Numbered from the stretch's first letter, positions 7,846-17,797 are shown. The stretch: 64,000 nucleotides of DNA from Eubacteriales bacterium (GCA_045120465.1 JBGVEW010000035.1:212-64211); one strand, 5' to 3'. The notes: a model not told the origin generated them from the sequence alone. Program-made: numbers and translations.

Positions 7846-8577
7846 TCAATTTCCGCCCAGATTGATCCGGAAACCTCCGCCGCCGTCGTCTCCGCCCGTT
7901 CGGATATCGAGATACGGAGTCAGCACGCGCGCCGTGTTGGCAATGGGCATGGATTGGATATAGACCTTACCGGGGCCCGTAACGCGGGTATTGAACAGCC
8001 CCTCTCCGCCAAGGAACATATTCTTCACGCCCTTGACCATCTGGATATCCATCGAGCATCCCTCGGTCATCGCCGCAAGGTAACCCGTATCTACGATGAT
8101 GCTTTCCCCATATCCCAACGTGTACTCCTTGCAGTAGCCGTCGATTTCGATAAAGACCATTCCGTCGCCGCGCACGCGTTGCATAATAAAGCCCTCGCCA
8201 CCGAAAAAGCCGTTTCGCAAACGCCGCTGAAAATAAACCGAAAGCTCCAACCCCCGCTCCATGGCAAGAAATCCGCGCTTTTGCACGATAATGCCCTCGC
8301 TCGGAGTCACGTGGTACGGGATGATAGAGCCCGGAAAACTGGACGCAAACGCGATCATTCCGCGTCCGCCTTCCGCGGTGTATTCGTTGAGAAAAAGCGA
8401 TTCTCCCGAAAACATTCTGCCAAACATTTTTTTGATGCCGCCCCCCGTATTGGTATCCATGCGCATATTGGGACTCATCCAGCTCATAGCACCGTTCTCG
8501 CTGCAAAGTGCCTGCCCTGCCTCGGGGTAACAAATCACAACCGGCAAATTACCGCCTTCAATTTCATATCGAATCAT
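7846..8577 (-). CDS. TIGR00266 / AIM24 (DUF124) family protein
   Basis: 243-aa product MIRYEIEGGNLPVV...GESLFLNEYTAEGG...GGEGFIMQRVRGDGMVFIEIDG...GGEGLFNTRVTGPGKVYIQS is typical of the family. ATG at 8577-8575. Confidence 0.8.
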   Translation of the reverse strand: MIRYEIEGGNLPVVICYPEAGQALCSENGAMSWMSPNMRMDTNTGGGIKKMFGRMFSGESLFLNEYTAEGGRGMIAFASSFPGSIIPYHVTPSEGIIVQKRGFLAMERGLELSVYFQRRLRNGFFGGEGFIMQRVRGDGMVFIEIDGYCKEYTLGYGESIIVDTGYLAAMTEGCSMDIQMVKGVKNMFLGGEGLFNTRVTGPGKVYIQSMPIANTARVLTPYLDIRTGGDDGGGGFRINLGGN

Positions 8578-8596
8578 AACGTCGTTCCTTTCTCTG

Positions 8597-9562
8597 TTAA
8601 ATAATATGTGCACGCAGGACGATATCCTGCTCAACGTTGCCAAATCTTCTTCCGTAAATATTGAATCCGCCCGCATACTGCCGATTCATCTCGGTGCGCA
8701 GGGAAAAGGTGATCTTATCCCGATGCTCCAGCTCCAATTGCGCGAGCGTAATGCGATGGTTTACCCGTTCTCCATTCAGAATCACTCCATTGTCATCGAT
8801 CGTCACCGTTACCAACACACCGTATTGCGAATACTTGCTATCCCACCACGCGGGGGAAAGAAGTCCGCGCTTGTCTCCAAAATCTCCGAGAGACAAAAAC
8901 TCGGCAACGTCGATTCCGCAAACCGAAAAAACGATCTCACTCTTCCAATCGTTGCAATAGTAGGGCGACTCCGAGGAGAGCTCCAAGGAAAATTCCAGCT
9001 GCCGCACCGTGTTCTGCTTGGCGAACGCATTGGAAAATGCGTAGGTGACCTCTCCGTTGTCCATACAAATCAGTTTTGCTTCAAAGCGTTGCGGATTGTA
9101 AGCATCCTCCTTGTCCAAAACCACAAACTGATCGTCGGTTGCAAGACGGATGTATTTGACGGGAGATGCGGAAATGTAATTTCCCACTCCCACGCTCTGC
9201 TCCACCACCGTCACCCGCGTATCGGATGACGCATTTTTGAGGGAAAAGGTCAATTCCGAAAAATTGATGTAAAAAACCAAGGTCTTTCCCTTTTTGTTGG
9301 GGCGCACCTTTTCAACCACCAGCCCCGCTTCCTCTAAAATACTCAAATGAAAGATGACCGTGGAATTGGTCAATTTATTGAGCTTTGCCAATTCGGTGAT
9401 CGAGCATGGCTCGCGCAAAAGCTGCTTTAAAAGCTGAAGCCTTACGGGATGGGAAAGCGCCTTGGAAATTGCCAGCACCTTTTCTTCGTCCGCACGTGTT
9501 CCCAGCTCCAATCGCACGTCACCGTAACGGTTGATCTGCTTTTCAACGTCAAACATACTCAT
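8597..9562 (-). CDS. ArsR-family winged-helix transcriptional regulator with a ~220-aa C-terminal domain of unknown function
   Basis: ATG at 9562-9560 with a GGGGGG/AAGG-rich SD upstream. The HTH region is LSHPVRLQLLKQLLREPCSITELAKLNKLTNSTVIFHLSILEEAGLV. Confidence 0.75.
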   Translation of the reverse strand: MSMFDVEKQINRYGDVRLELGTRADEEKVLAISKALSHPVRLQLLKQLLREPCSITELAKLNKLTNSTVIFHLSILEEAGLVVEKVRPNKKGKTLVFYINFSELTFSLKNASSDTRVTVVEQSVGVGNYISASPVKYIRLATDDQFVVLDKEDAYNPQRFEAKLICMDNGEVTYAFSNAFAKQNTVRQLEFSLELSSESPYYCNDWKSEIVFSVCGIDVAEFLSLGDFGDKRGLLSPAWWDSKYSQYGVLVTVTIDDNGVILNGERVNHRITLAQLELEHRDKITFSLRTEMNRQYAGGFNIYGRRFGNVEQDIVLRAHII

Positions 9563-9716
9563 CCCCCCTTTTTTATCTTCATTATAGCAAATCGGTTGAG
9601 AATTGTCAACCATTCTTTTGAAAATTGTGCGTTTTGGGTAAACCATTTCCAACTTGACTTCTCCTACCAAAAGCGTTATACTAAAGCTACAGGAAGCATT
9701 TGAAAGGAGGAATTGT

Positions 9717-9857
9717 ATGCGTTCCGACAAAAAGTACTACCCAACAGCTTTGGTTGAATTGGTTAAACTGAGCGCCGAGGATATTCTTCGCACCTCGGAT
9801 GGTATTGGCGACTCAACCTTTTCTCCGTCCAATCCGGGCGAATGGGATTCCCCGTAA
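9717..9857 (+). CDS. candidate small protein (46 aa), function unknown
   Basis: ATG at 9717 lies 6 nt after a perfect AAAGGAGG (9703-9710). Product is MRSDKKYYPTALVELVKLSAEDILRTSDGIGDSTFSPSNPGEWDSP with TAA at 9855-9857, 47 nt upstream of the BNR/GLUG gene on the same strand. Confidence 0.4.
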   Translation: MRSDKKYYPTALVELVKLSAEDILRTSDGIGDSTFSPSNPGEWDSP

Positions 9858-9904
9858 GTCTTTGAAAGATCATTCAAATAATCAAAAAGGAGATCCAATC
9901 TGCT

Positions 9905-12900
9905 ATGACGATGAAAAAACGAATTTTGGCATGCCTCTTGTGCATCCTTGTGTTGCTCCCCTGTATCACTTCTTTTGCGGATGCCGCGGCGGTATCCGTT
10001 CAAAACAACGAACCGCAAGACTCCCCCACCTTGACCATCGCAAAAACCAATCTGCAATTCGTCGAAAACGTGCAGATCCTTTACGCGGTCAAGCTGGAAG
10101 GAGTAGATGAAACCACAGTTTCCAAAGAGGATTTTAAGCTCCTCTGCTGGGAAACGCCGCAAAGCTCCTACCTGCTCGGAAACGAGAAGCTCGCCCTGAC
10201 CACCTCGGGCGCGATGGAGATCGACGGTGAAAAATACTACGTCTTTGAATACAAGACTCTTTCCGCCAAGCAAATGGCGGACGATATTTACGCAAGAGCC
10301 GTACTGATCCGCAACGGCAACACCTATTACAGCGAGTTATCAAAATACAGCGTTCTGCAATATGCCTACAACAAACTGGGATATACCGCAGAGGGAACGG
10401 AAAGCGAGGAACTCAAAGCATTGCTTATGGATATGTTACGCTACGGCGCATCCGCGCAGAAATACTTCAACTACAAAACCGACCGACTTGCAAGTGACAC
10501 CTTCTATCAGATCACGCTGACCAACGGTCACTTTACCAATGACAACATGAACACCGCGCTCGTACACGCGAAAACAGGTGCCGAGATCACGGCGGCAGAG
10601 GTCAACACCGAGGGCGCGCCCTTTGCGTTCTGGATGAGTGACGCGGGCAAGATCGTTGCGAAGGAACGCACGGTAACCGTCAACCCCACCGAAAACGCCT
10701 TCTACACCGCAGTGTATTCGAGCGAAAAGATCCCCGCCATCTTCTCCGAGGAAGCACTCGACGTCAACCAAATCCCCTGCAAGGTCAATTTTGATCCCGG
10801 GGAGCGCTATTTGCAGAATTATCAATACTTTGCAATGCAGGCAAGCGTGGAAATGACCGCAGGCGGCAGGCTCTGGAGCTGTTGGATCGGCGGCGGTGAC
10901 AACTCGGACGCATACTTGATTGCAACTTACAGTGACGATAAGGGAGAGACGTGGAAAGATATTCAGTTTGTCATCGATCCGCACAACGATGACCTCCCCT
11001 TGGTACGAAACGTACACATCGGCTGCTTCTGGCAGGATCCCTTGGGTAGGCTCTGGCTCTTCTACCAGCAATCTCTTGGCATGTTTGACGGTGAGGGCGC
11101 GAACTTTGCCATCATTTGCGAAAACCCCGATGATGAAAATCCCGTTTGGAGCGAGCCGCAGTATATCAGCGTGGGCGCATCCCTCAAAAAACCCATCGTT
11201 ACGCAAAACGGCGAATGGCTCCTTCCTGTCTCCATCTGGGAGCGCAACCATCCGATCAGTGAGCCGTTGCAAAATCAGCACACCGAGCTGGATGCCATCC
11301 GCGGTGCAAGAGTGTACGCCTCCACCGATTTGGGAGCAACGTGGGAATACCGCGGCGGTGTGGACTTTAGTGACAGACGCTTTAACGAGCACTCCATCGC
11401 AGAGCTGGACGATGGAAGGATCATGATGTACTCCCGTTGCAAGACCGCCATCAAAAAGTCCTATTCCTCGGACGGTGGCAGAACCTGGAGCGCGGAAGAG
11501 ATCGCGTTCCCGCACGTGGACGGACTTGCGATGATCCGCACGCTCCCCTCGGGCAACCTGCTTCTCGTCAAGCACGGTCAAAGCATGACGGAAGCCACCG
11601 AATCCCGCAGCCATCTGACTGCGTTCGTTTCCCGCGATAACGGAGAAACCTGGGAAGGCGGACTTTTACTGGACGGCGCAAACTATATCTCCTACCCCGA
11701 TATCGCCATCGGTTCGGACGGCAAAATCTACGTACAGTACGATCAAGCACGCAACCGCAGCGCACTGATCCTCTTTGCTCGCTTTACCGAGGAAGAGGTT
11801 CTGGCAGGAGCGATCTCAAAGGAGGGCTCCGCACTCCGTCAAACTATCAAGGACACCAACGGCATCAAGGGGCATCCCGTGGTGATGGCGGCAGGCACGC
11901 CGTTTGGAGGTTCGGGAACCTCCACCGACCCCTACACCATCTCCAACGCTGATCAATGGCAATACCTGATTGCACAGGTGGCAAGCGGCAATACGTTTGA
12001 GGGCATGTACCTCTCCCTGACGAGCGACATTGATTTTGGCGGCATTACCCTGCAACCCGTCGGCTTTATTTTGCAGAGCAACCATTATTCGCACCCCTTC
12101 CGCGGCTTCTTCAACGGAAACGATCATACACTCTCCAACTTTACAATCGATGCCCACGATCTGTATTGCCGCGGTCTGTTCGGCTACATGGATCAAGGAA
12201 GCGTTCAAAAGATCACGGTAGATAACGCGCTCATCCGCGGAAGAACCAACGTCGGAGCGATCGTCGGCTCCATTACGGGCGTAGCAGGAAACCGCTCCAA
12301 GGTTCAGCACTGCACGGTTGGAGAAAACGTAACGGTCATCGGTTACCAGCGCGTCGGCGGTGTGATCGGAAATGCCGAAAACTACGTTACCGTTCAGGAT
12401 TGTGTCAACAACGCAACCGTCAAAGCTCCCTTTGCATCCGCAGATGCCGATTTGAACGTTGGCGGAGTGGTGGGATATATCAACAATCGCATCCATATGG
12501 ACCATTGCGTCAACAACGGAACCGTCATTGCGCGCCATGCGGATAAAGCCTACGTTGGCGGTATTACCTCAAACGGCAAAAACTGCACCATTCTCTACTG
12601 CATCAACAACGGAACCGTCATTGCAGACGACTGCGTGGGCGAAATTTGCATCGGCGGTATCGCCGCATGGCAGAGTGACAACCGCTTTGAGGATTGCGCC
12701 AATCACGGAACAGTCCTGGCGCGCGGTCTTTCGGGCATCAACGCGGGCGGCTTGGTCGGATACTACGGAAAGGATGACAGCACGGCAAACTCCATTCTCC
12801 GATCCTATTCTACGGGCGAGGTCACGGTCGAGCATTACGGGCAGACCTCCGAGATCATGGTCGGCGGTCTTGTCGGCAGAGCCTCCGCAAAAGCCGGCAA

Positions 12901-13156
12901 TACGGACTCCTCTATCAAGGATTCGGTCTCTCTCACTGTTCCAACGGTGATCAACGCAACGCGCAAAACCTACGTTGGAAGCTTTATCGGCAAATACGTA
13001 GCGGATTCGATGACCTTTGAGGGCAATCTCGCGGCAGAGGGAACGGCTGTTGGCAGAAGCTCGGCTGTTTCTGACGTGAGCCACCTTTGCACGGTTGACA
13101 AAACCGCGGCAGAAGAGGCTCTGGAAGCCTTAAAACAAGCCATTGAGGCACAATAA
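9905..13156 (+). CDS. secreted BNR/Asp-box (sialidase-fold) protein with C-terminal GLUG-type beta-helix repeats
   Basis: Signal peptide MTMKKRILACLLCILVLLPCITSFADA. Asp-boxes are YSDDKGETW, STDLGATW, SSDGGRTW and SRDNGETW. The C-terminal ~400 aa carries periodic VGG(V/L/I)(V/I)G motifs (GAIVGS, GGVIGN, GGVVGY, GGLVGY, GGLVGR). Confidence 0.8.
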   Translation: MTMKKRILACLLCILVLLPCITSFADAAAVSVQNNEPQDSPTLTIAKTNLQFVENVQILYAVKLEGVDETTVSKEDFKLLCWETPQSSYLLGNEKLALTTSGAMEIDGEKYYVFEYKTLSAKQMADDIYARAVLIRNGNTYYSELSKYSVLQYAYNKLGYTAEGTESEELKALLMDMLRYGASAQKYFNYKTDRLASDTFYQITLTNGHFTNDNMNTALVHAKTGAEITAAEVNTEGAPFAFWMSDAGKIVAKERTVTVNPTENAFYTAVYSSEKIPAIFSEEALDVNQIPCKVNFDPGERYLQNYQYFAMQASVEMTAGGRLWSCWIGGGDNSDAYLIATYSDDKGETWKDIQFVIDPHNDDLPLVRNVHIGCFWQDPLGRLWLFYQQSLGMFDGEGANFAIICENPDDENPVWSEPQYISVGASLKKPIVTQNGEWLLPVSIWERNHPISEPLQNQHTELDAIRGARVYASTDLGATWEYRGGVDFSDRRFNEHSIAELDDGRIMMYSRCKTAIKKSYSSDGGRTWSAEEIAFPHVDGLAMIRTLPSGNLLLVKHGQSMTEATESRSHLTAFVSRDNGETWEGGLLLDGANYISYPDIAIGSDGKIYVQYDQARNRSALILFARFTEEEVLAGAISKEGSALRQTIKDTNGIKGHPVVMAAGTPFGGSGTSTDPYTISNADQWQYLIAQVASGNTFEGMYLSLTSDIDFGGITLQPVGFILQSNHYSHPFRGFFNGNDHTLSNFTIDAHDLYCRGLFGYMDQGSVQKITVDNALIRGRTNVGAIVGSITGVAGNRSKVQHCTVGENVTVIGYQRVGGVIGNAENYVTVQDCVNNATVKAPFASADADLNVGGVVGYINNRIHMDHCVNNGTVIARHADKAYVGGITSNGKNCTILYCINNGTVIADDCVGEICIGGIAAWQSDNRFEDCANHGTVLARGLSGINAGGLVGYYGKDDSTANSILRSYSTGEVTVEHYGQTSEIMVGGLVGRASAKAGNTDSSIKDSVSLTVPTVINATRKTYVGSFIGKYVADSMTFEGNLAAEGTAVGRSSAVSDVSHLCTVDKTAAEEALEALKQAIEAQ

Positions 13157-13161
13157 ACGAT

Positions 13162-13192
13162 ATCCCCACAAGGGCTTTGCCCTTGTGGGGAT
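13162..13192. terminator. bidirectional intrinsic terminator between convergent genes
   Basis: atccccacaagggc-tt-gcccttgtggggat (14-bp stem) is followed by accgtttta. It sits between the stops at 13156 (+) and 13199 (-). Confidence 0.7.
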
Positions 13193-13198
13193 ACCGTT

Positions 13199-13849
13199 TT
13201 ATAAACACTCCAAAAGCGCACTCGGTTTGGAAAGTAGCACGTCCGCACCGTCGCGGAGCAGCTCCTCGCGTCCGCGGAAGCCCCAAAGAACGCCAATCGT
13301 TTTCATGCCGGCGTTCTTTCCCGTTTGCATATCCACACCCGTGTCACCGATATAAAGGCACTCTTCCCGCGTGGCACCGAATAGGTTCATCACATCCAAA
13401 ACCGCCGTCGGGTCGGGCTTGAGCGGAACGCCCTCTTTCTGCCCCGTGACAAAATCGAAATATCCCTCTCCGTACAGCTTGCCTACTACGGTTTGTGCCG
13501 CAAAATCGGGCTTATTGGAGACGATTGCCAAACGGATGCCCCGCGATTTGAGCTCGTCCAGCACCTCTTTCAAGCCTTTAAAAATCGTGGTTCCAAAGGC
13601 AACGTCGGCATCGTAAGCCGTATTGTAATCACGAAAAACAGCGTCGTAAAGCGCGTCGCTGTAGCAGGCGCGAAACTCCAACATTCCGCGCACAAGATGC
13701 TTGGCACCCTTGCCCGCAAGAAAGTTGTACTCCTTTTTGGGAATCGCTTCCACTCCGTGCATCCCGAGCGCGAGATTTCCGTAATGCGCAATCGTTCCAA
13801 CGGTGTCCAGCACCGTACCATCCAGATCGAAAATACAAAGCTTGATCAT
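13199..13849 (-). CDS. HAD-superfamily hydrolase (phosphoglycolate phosphatase-like)
   Basis: N-terminal MIKLCIFDLDGTVLDT (the DxDGT nucleophile motif) and C-terminal YIGDTGVDMQTGKNAG. ATG at 13849-13847 with AAGGAG upstream. Confidence 0.85.
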   Translation of the reverse strand: MIKLCIFDLDGTVLDTVGTIAHYGNLALGMHGVEAIPKKEYNFLAGKGAKHLVRGMLEFRACYSDALYDAVFRDYNTAYDADVAFGTTIFKGLKEVLDELKSRGIRLAIVSNKPDFAAQTVVGKLYGEGYFDFVTGQKEGVPLKPDPTAVLDVMNLFGATREECLYIGDTGVDMQTGKNAGMKTIGVLWGFRGREELLRDGADVLLSKPSALLECL

Positions 13850-14004
13850 GGCTTCTCCTTGGGTTCATCAGATTCAATTTATTATACCACGCTCCCTTGA
13901 AAAATGCAAGAAAAAGTCAATAAAATCGTCAACAATATCATTTTTTTCGCTTGACAATCCACCTGTTTTATGATATGATGAAACCCAAAGAGAGGGGTGA
14001 CGTA

Positions 14005-14856
14005 ATGGCAGGGAAAAATGAATTGCTGTTTGCGGACGAGAATTTTCCCATCCGAATCGATTTGAAGCGCGCATCGCACATCGATGACGTTGAGGATGCA
14101 AGGCGTGCACTTCACGAGGCGATTGAAATCAAATATTTTTACGAGGGTTCCTCTACCCTGCTCGTCGGTCGCAAAACCGTTGTGGCGCGGGCGGGCGACG
14201 TGATCGTCATCAACCCATACGAGTTTCACGCCACCGTGAACGATGAAAACTGCGGAAAATATCACCTCTTTATGATCTCTACCGATTTTTTTATCGGAAA
14301 CGACTCCGAAATTCCGGATCTCGTTCACAAGTTGCTCTCGGGGCAGCTCTCCTTTGTTACACACTTTGAGCGGGATGAATCGCTTTGCCGCATCCTGTCT
14401 TTACTGATGCAGGAGATGCAAGCGCAAAATCCTTATTTCCGCATTGCGGTGCGAGGGCTTGCAATGGAGCTTCTCTCGCATCTTTTGCGTCACGGCGTAC
14501 CGTCCGCCCCCACCGACGACAGCCGCGCGCATGCCGCTCGCCACTATGCGGTGGTAGAGCCCGCCCTGCGGCGCATCCGCGACGGATATGCGGAACGCTT
14601 GACCGTTGAGGAGCTTTCCCACCTTTGTGCCGTGAGCAAATTCCATTTTTGCCGCGTATTTAAGGCGGTTACGGGTATGACAGTCATGCAATATATCAAC
14701 GACTATCGCCTGACCATTGCCGACGTGACGCTCAAAAACACCGACCGCACCGTGTCTCAAATCTCTCACCTGTGCGGCTTTGAGGACGAAAGCTATTTTT
14801 GCCGTTGCTACAAAAAACGCTTTGGATACCCTGCGGGCAAGCGAAGAAATCGCTGA
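14005..14856 (+). CDS. AraC-family transcriptional regulator (cupin sensor domain plus HTH)
   Basis: ATG at 14005 follows AGAGGGG. The C-terminal dual HTH reads VEELSHLCAVSKFHFCRVFKAVTGMTVMQYINDYRL...ISHLCGFEDESYFCRCYKKRFGY. Confidence 0.85.
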   Translation: MAGKNELLFADENFPIRIDLKRASHIDDVEDARRALHEAIEIKYFYEGSSTLLVGRKTVVARAGDVIVINPYEFHATVNDENCGKYHLFMISTDFFIGNDSEIPDLVHKLLSGQLSFVTHFERDESLCRILSLLMQEMQAQNPYFRIAVRGLAMELLSHLLRHGVPSAPTDDSRAHAARHYAVVEPALRRIRDGYAERLTVEELSHLCAVSKFHFCRVFKAVTGMTVMQYINDYRLTIADVTLKNTDRTVSQISHLCGFEDESYFCRCYKKRFGYPAGKRRNR

Positions 14857-14893
14857 ATCCCCGTCTATAACGCATGAAAGGATCGATACCATC

Positions 14894-16846
14894 ATGAACG
14901 TTCGGATTACAAACGATACAAAAACCTTGCGCTATGCCGCTGAGGAGCTTTGCAACTATCTGGTTCGGATAGACGAAACGCTTTCAACGTCGATTCTCGT
15001 TTCTTCTACCCCCGACCCAAACGCGATCACGCTGGGGCTTCTTTCCGACCTCTCCCTCCCCGAAGATGACGTTCTTGACGCAATGATCGATGACGTCATC
15101 GACGTCAATATTTCGAATTTGACGGGCTATATTGCGGGGAGCAACGAGCGCAGCGTTTTGATGGGCGTTTACCACTACCTCAAAAGTGCCGGATGCCGTT
15201 GGGTGCGCCCGGGAGAGGCGGGAGAATATATTCCCAAAAAGGATCTGCGGACGCACGTCTTTCGGGAACGAAAAAAAGCCGACTACCCCTTCCGCGGTCA
15301 ATGCGTTGAGGGGGCGGTCAGCTTTGAGCACGTCCGCGACACGATCCTCTGGCTCCCCAAGGTGGACATGAATCTGTTTATGATCGAGCAGATCGTCCCC
15401 TACAATTATATGAATCGCTGGTACCGCCACACCGGCAACACCAAGTTCAAAAACGTGGTGGAGCCTCCCTATTCGGTGTATTGCGATTACGTGACGGAGT
15501 GGGAGCGCACCATTCAAAAATGCGGGCTCCAGTTCCACGCGCTGGGACACGGCGCGCTCAACGAGCCCTTTGGCATCCGACATATGATTTCGGGGCAGCA
15601 CTACGACGTCCCCGAGGAAACCAAAAAAGCGTTTGCTTTGGTCAACGGAAAAAGAGAGTTGTTTGCTTCTTCCCCTTTCTTTACCCAGCTTTGTATGTCG
15701 CAGGAGTGGGTACAGGACAAGGTGGTTGCGTGGTTGGCGGACTATCTGGAAGAAAAGCCTTACATCGATTTTCTCCATTTTTGGCTTGGAGACTATATCA
15801 ACAACCATTGCGAGTGTCAAGATTGCGTCAAGCATCACCCCTCCGACCTCTACGTTCAAATGCTCAACAAGCTGGATGCTGAGCTGACACGACGCGGCAA
15901 TCCCGCCAAAATCGTGTTTATTATGTACGTGGCAACGCTTTGGCCGCCGATCAAGGAAAGGCTGAACAACCCTTCCCGCTTTATTATGACCACCGCGACC
16001 ACGCGCGCCGTGGGAGATCAGTATTCCGACAAGCGACGCGAGGGTGGAATCCCCGAATGGATCCGCAACCGTCACGCCATTCGAGCGGGCTTTGATCTGA
16101 CCCTTTCCTTTGTGGACGCATGGAAGCCCACGTTTGACGGACAAAAGTTTTTGTTTGAATACTACCTTTATACCTCGCATTTTTCCGACCCCGGGTATAT
16201 GACCTTCTCCCGCAACCTCGCAACCGACATGAAAATGCTCCCCTTGACCGGCTTTGGCGGAGTGATGAGCGACCAGACCCAGCGCGCCTACTTCCCAACG
16301 GGGCTCCCCGCCTCCATTTTGGGCGAGTTCCAATTTGACGCAAGTCTGGATACCGAGTGCTACATCGAGCAATACTTCAAGGATGCGTTTGGAGAGGATT
16401 GGAAGCTCGCGCTCGACTATCTCGAAGCGATTTCGCGTCTGTTCTCTCCCAACGAAATGGCGCAAAACAGCGACGTTACCGCTCAGGATACGGGATCTAC
16501 CGATGCGAACGCCAAGCGTGCCGGCGTGATTGGAAACCGCGCGCTGCAAGCGGCTCTGACCCAAGTCTCCCCGCTTGCCACCTCCTTTGCCGCTACCGCA
16601 ACGGCGCATTGCACGCTTTCCGATCCGTGCCACAAGGAATCCTGGAGAATTTTGACCTACCACACCGAATACTGCAAACGCTTGTCACAAATCTATCTCG
16701 CGCTGACGGAAGAGGATACCAAACGTGCATACGCATATCTTGAGGAAATGATCGATTACCTCTCCGACGTTGAGGGAGAAATCCATCCTTATTTCGATCT
16801 CGTTCTCTTCACCCAACGCACCAAACAACTGATTGAAGGAAAATAA
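14894..16846 (+). CDS. DUF4838-like putative glycoside hydrolase (family-level guess)
   Basis: 650-aa ORF from the ATG at 14894 (GAAAGGA upstream). The overall pattern, including the CECQDC cysteine motif, resembles DUF4838 proteins from memory. It has no signal peptide and lies beside the AraC regulator and the sugar isomerase. Confidence 0.5.
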   Translation: MNVRITNDTKTLRYAAEELCNYLVRIDETLSTSILVSSTPDPNAITLGLLSDLSLPEDDVLDAMIDDVIDVNISNLTGYIAGSNERSVLMGVYHYLKSAGCRWVRPGEAGEYIPKKDLRTHVFRERKKADYPFRGQCVEGAVSFEHVRDTILWLPKVDMNLFMIEQIVPYNYMNRWYRHTGNTKFKNVVEPPYSVYCDYVTEWERTIQKCGLQFHALGHGALNEPFGIRHMISGQHYDVPEETKKAFALVNGKRELFASSPFFTQLCMSQEWVQDKVVAWLADYLEEKPYIDFLHFWLGDYINNHCECQDCVKHHPSDLYVQMLNKLDAELTRRGNPAKIVFIMYVATLWPPIKERLNNPSRFIMTTATTRAVGDQYSDKRREGGIPEWIRNRHAIRAGFDLTLSFVDAWKPTFDGQKFLFEYYLYTSHFSDPGYMTFSRNLATDMKMLPLTGFGGVMSDQTQRAYFPTGLPASILGEFQFDASLDTECYIEQYFKDAFGEDWKLALDYLEAISRLFSPNEMAQNSDVTAQDTGSTDANAKRAGVIGNRALQAALTQVSPLATSFAATATAHCTLSDPCHKESWRILTYHTEYCKRLSQIYLALTEEDTKRAYAYLEEMIDYLSDVEGEIHPYFDLVLFTQRTKQLIEGK

Positions 16847-16850
16847 AAAA

Positions 16851-16896
16851 GCGAAGGAGTCCGGTGCGAAAACGCATTGGATTCCTTCGTTTTTTA
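16851..16896. terminator. bidirectional intrinsic terminator
   Basis: An A-run precedes the stem cgaaggagtcc..ggattccttcg, and tttttt follows it. It lies between the convergent stops at 16846 (+) and 16901 (-). Confidence 0.7.
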
Positions 16897-16900
16897 AGCA

Positions 16901-17797
16901 TCAGACCTCGTTGTAGATCCGCTTCATATTGGCAAAAGAGACGTGCGTGCCGTACTCACACTCCTCCATGCCCTCGTATTCCAGATAAATATCGCCGTCA
17001 AAATTCGAATTTTTGATGGTTTTCATAATATCCCAGATATCAATGTCCCCCTGTGCTAAGATCGAACCACGCAGGAACGTACCGTTGACCGAGCGGAACC
17101 AGGAATCCTCACAGTTAAAATCCTCAGCACCTCCGGGATCGCGGTGCGCGGGACGAAGATAAAAGTCCTTCATGTGAATGGTCTTGGCAAAGCCGATCAT
17201 CTTCTTTGCCGCGATTTCGGGAATATCGTCCACGCAGGTGTAGTTTCCAACGTCCATCTGGTGTCCCCAGTTTTCTCTCTTGACCGAGGTCAAAATCTGA
17301 CGAACGCGCTCGGAACCGTTGGCGTGGAAGCCGTGATTTTCCAACAGCACGGTAATTCCCATCGGCTTTGCATAGTCGCAAAGCTCCTCGTAGGTGCTCA
17401 CGATCAAGGGCAGCTCCGCCTGGAACTTTTCCATCGTGTTTTCGCTCATGGGGCGGCTGAACGCCGCAGAATCCACGCGCATGGTGGGAATCTCCATATC
17501 CGAAACCATTTCCATATGCTTTTTGACGCGCTTCATTTCGTTTGCATATCGCTCGTCATCCAACATCAAAAAGTTTGCGTTGAGCGAATAGTTTCCAATC
17601 GGAACACCGAGCTTTTGGGATGCTTCTTTAAAATCCTTTTTGAGTTCCGGAGTCTCAACCAAATTAAAACCGAACGGAACCAGCTCAACCACCTCTGCCC
17701 CCATAGCCGCAATTTTCTCAAACGCGGTGATCGGAGTCAATTCGCCCGTGCGGATCTTGCGCGAAACACCATAAATGGATATACCAAACCGTCTCAT
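16901..17797 (-). CDS. sugar phosphate isomerase/epimerase (xylose isomerase-like TIM barrel)
   Basis: 298 aa, ATG at 17797-17795 with AAAGGAG upstream. Pattern typical of the AP_endonuc_2 / TIM-barrel family (..VELVPFG.., ..TVLLENHGF.., ..IHMKDF.., ..YLEYEG..). Confidence 0.8.
   Translation of the reverse strand: MRRFGISIYGVSRKIRTGELTPITAFEKIAAMGAEVVELVPFGFNLVETPELKKDFKEASQKLGVPIGNYSLNANFLMLDDERYANEMKRVKKHMEMVSDMEIPTMRVDSAAFSRPMSENTMEKFQAELPLIVSTYEELCDYAKPMGITVLLENHGFHANGSERVRQILTSVKRENWGHQMDVGNYTCVDDIPEIAAKKMIGFAKTIHMKDFYLRPAHRDPGGAEDFNCEDSWFRSVNGTFLRGSILAQGDIDIWDIMKTIKNSNFDGDIYLEYEGMEECEYGTHVSFANMKRIYNEV

Noticed and set aside
13882-14364. 160-aa minus-strand ORF overlapping the AraC gene start and the divergent promoter region
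   Set aside because: It overlaps the well-supported AraC CDS in antisense, has no SD and resembles no family.
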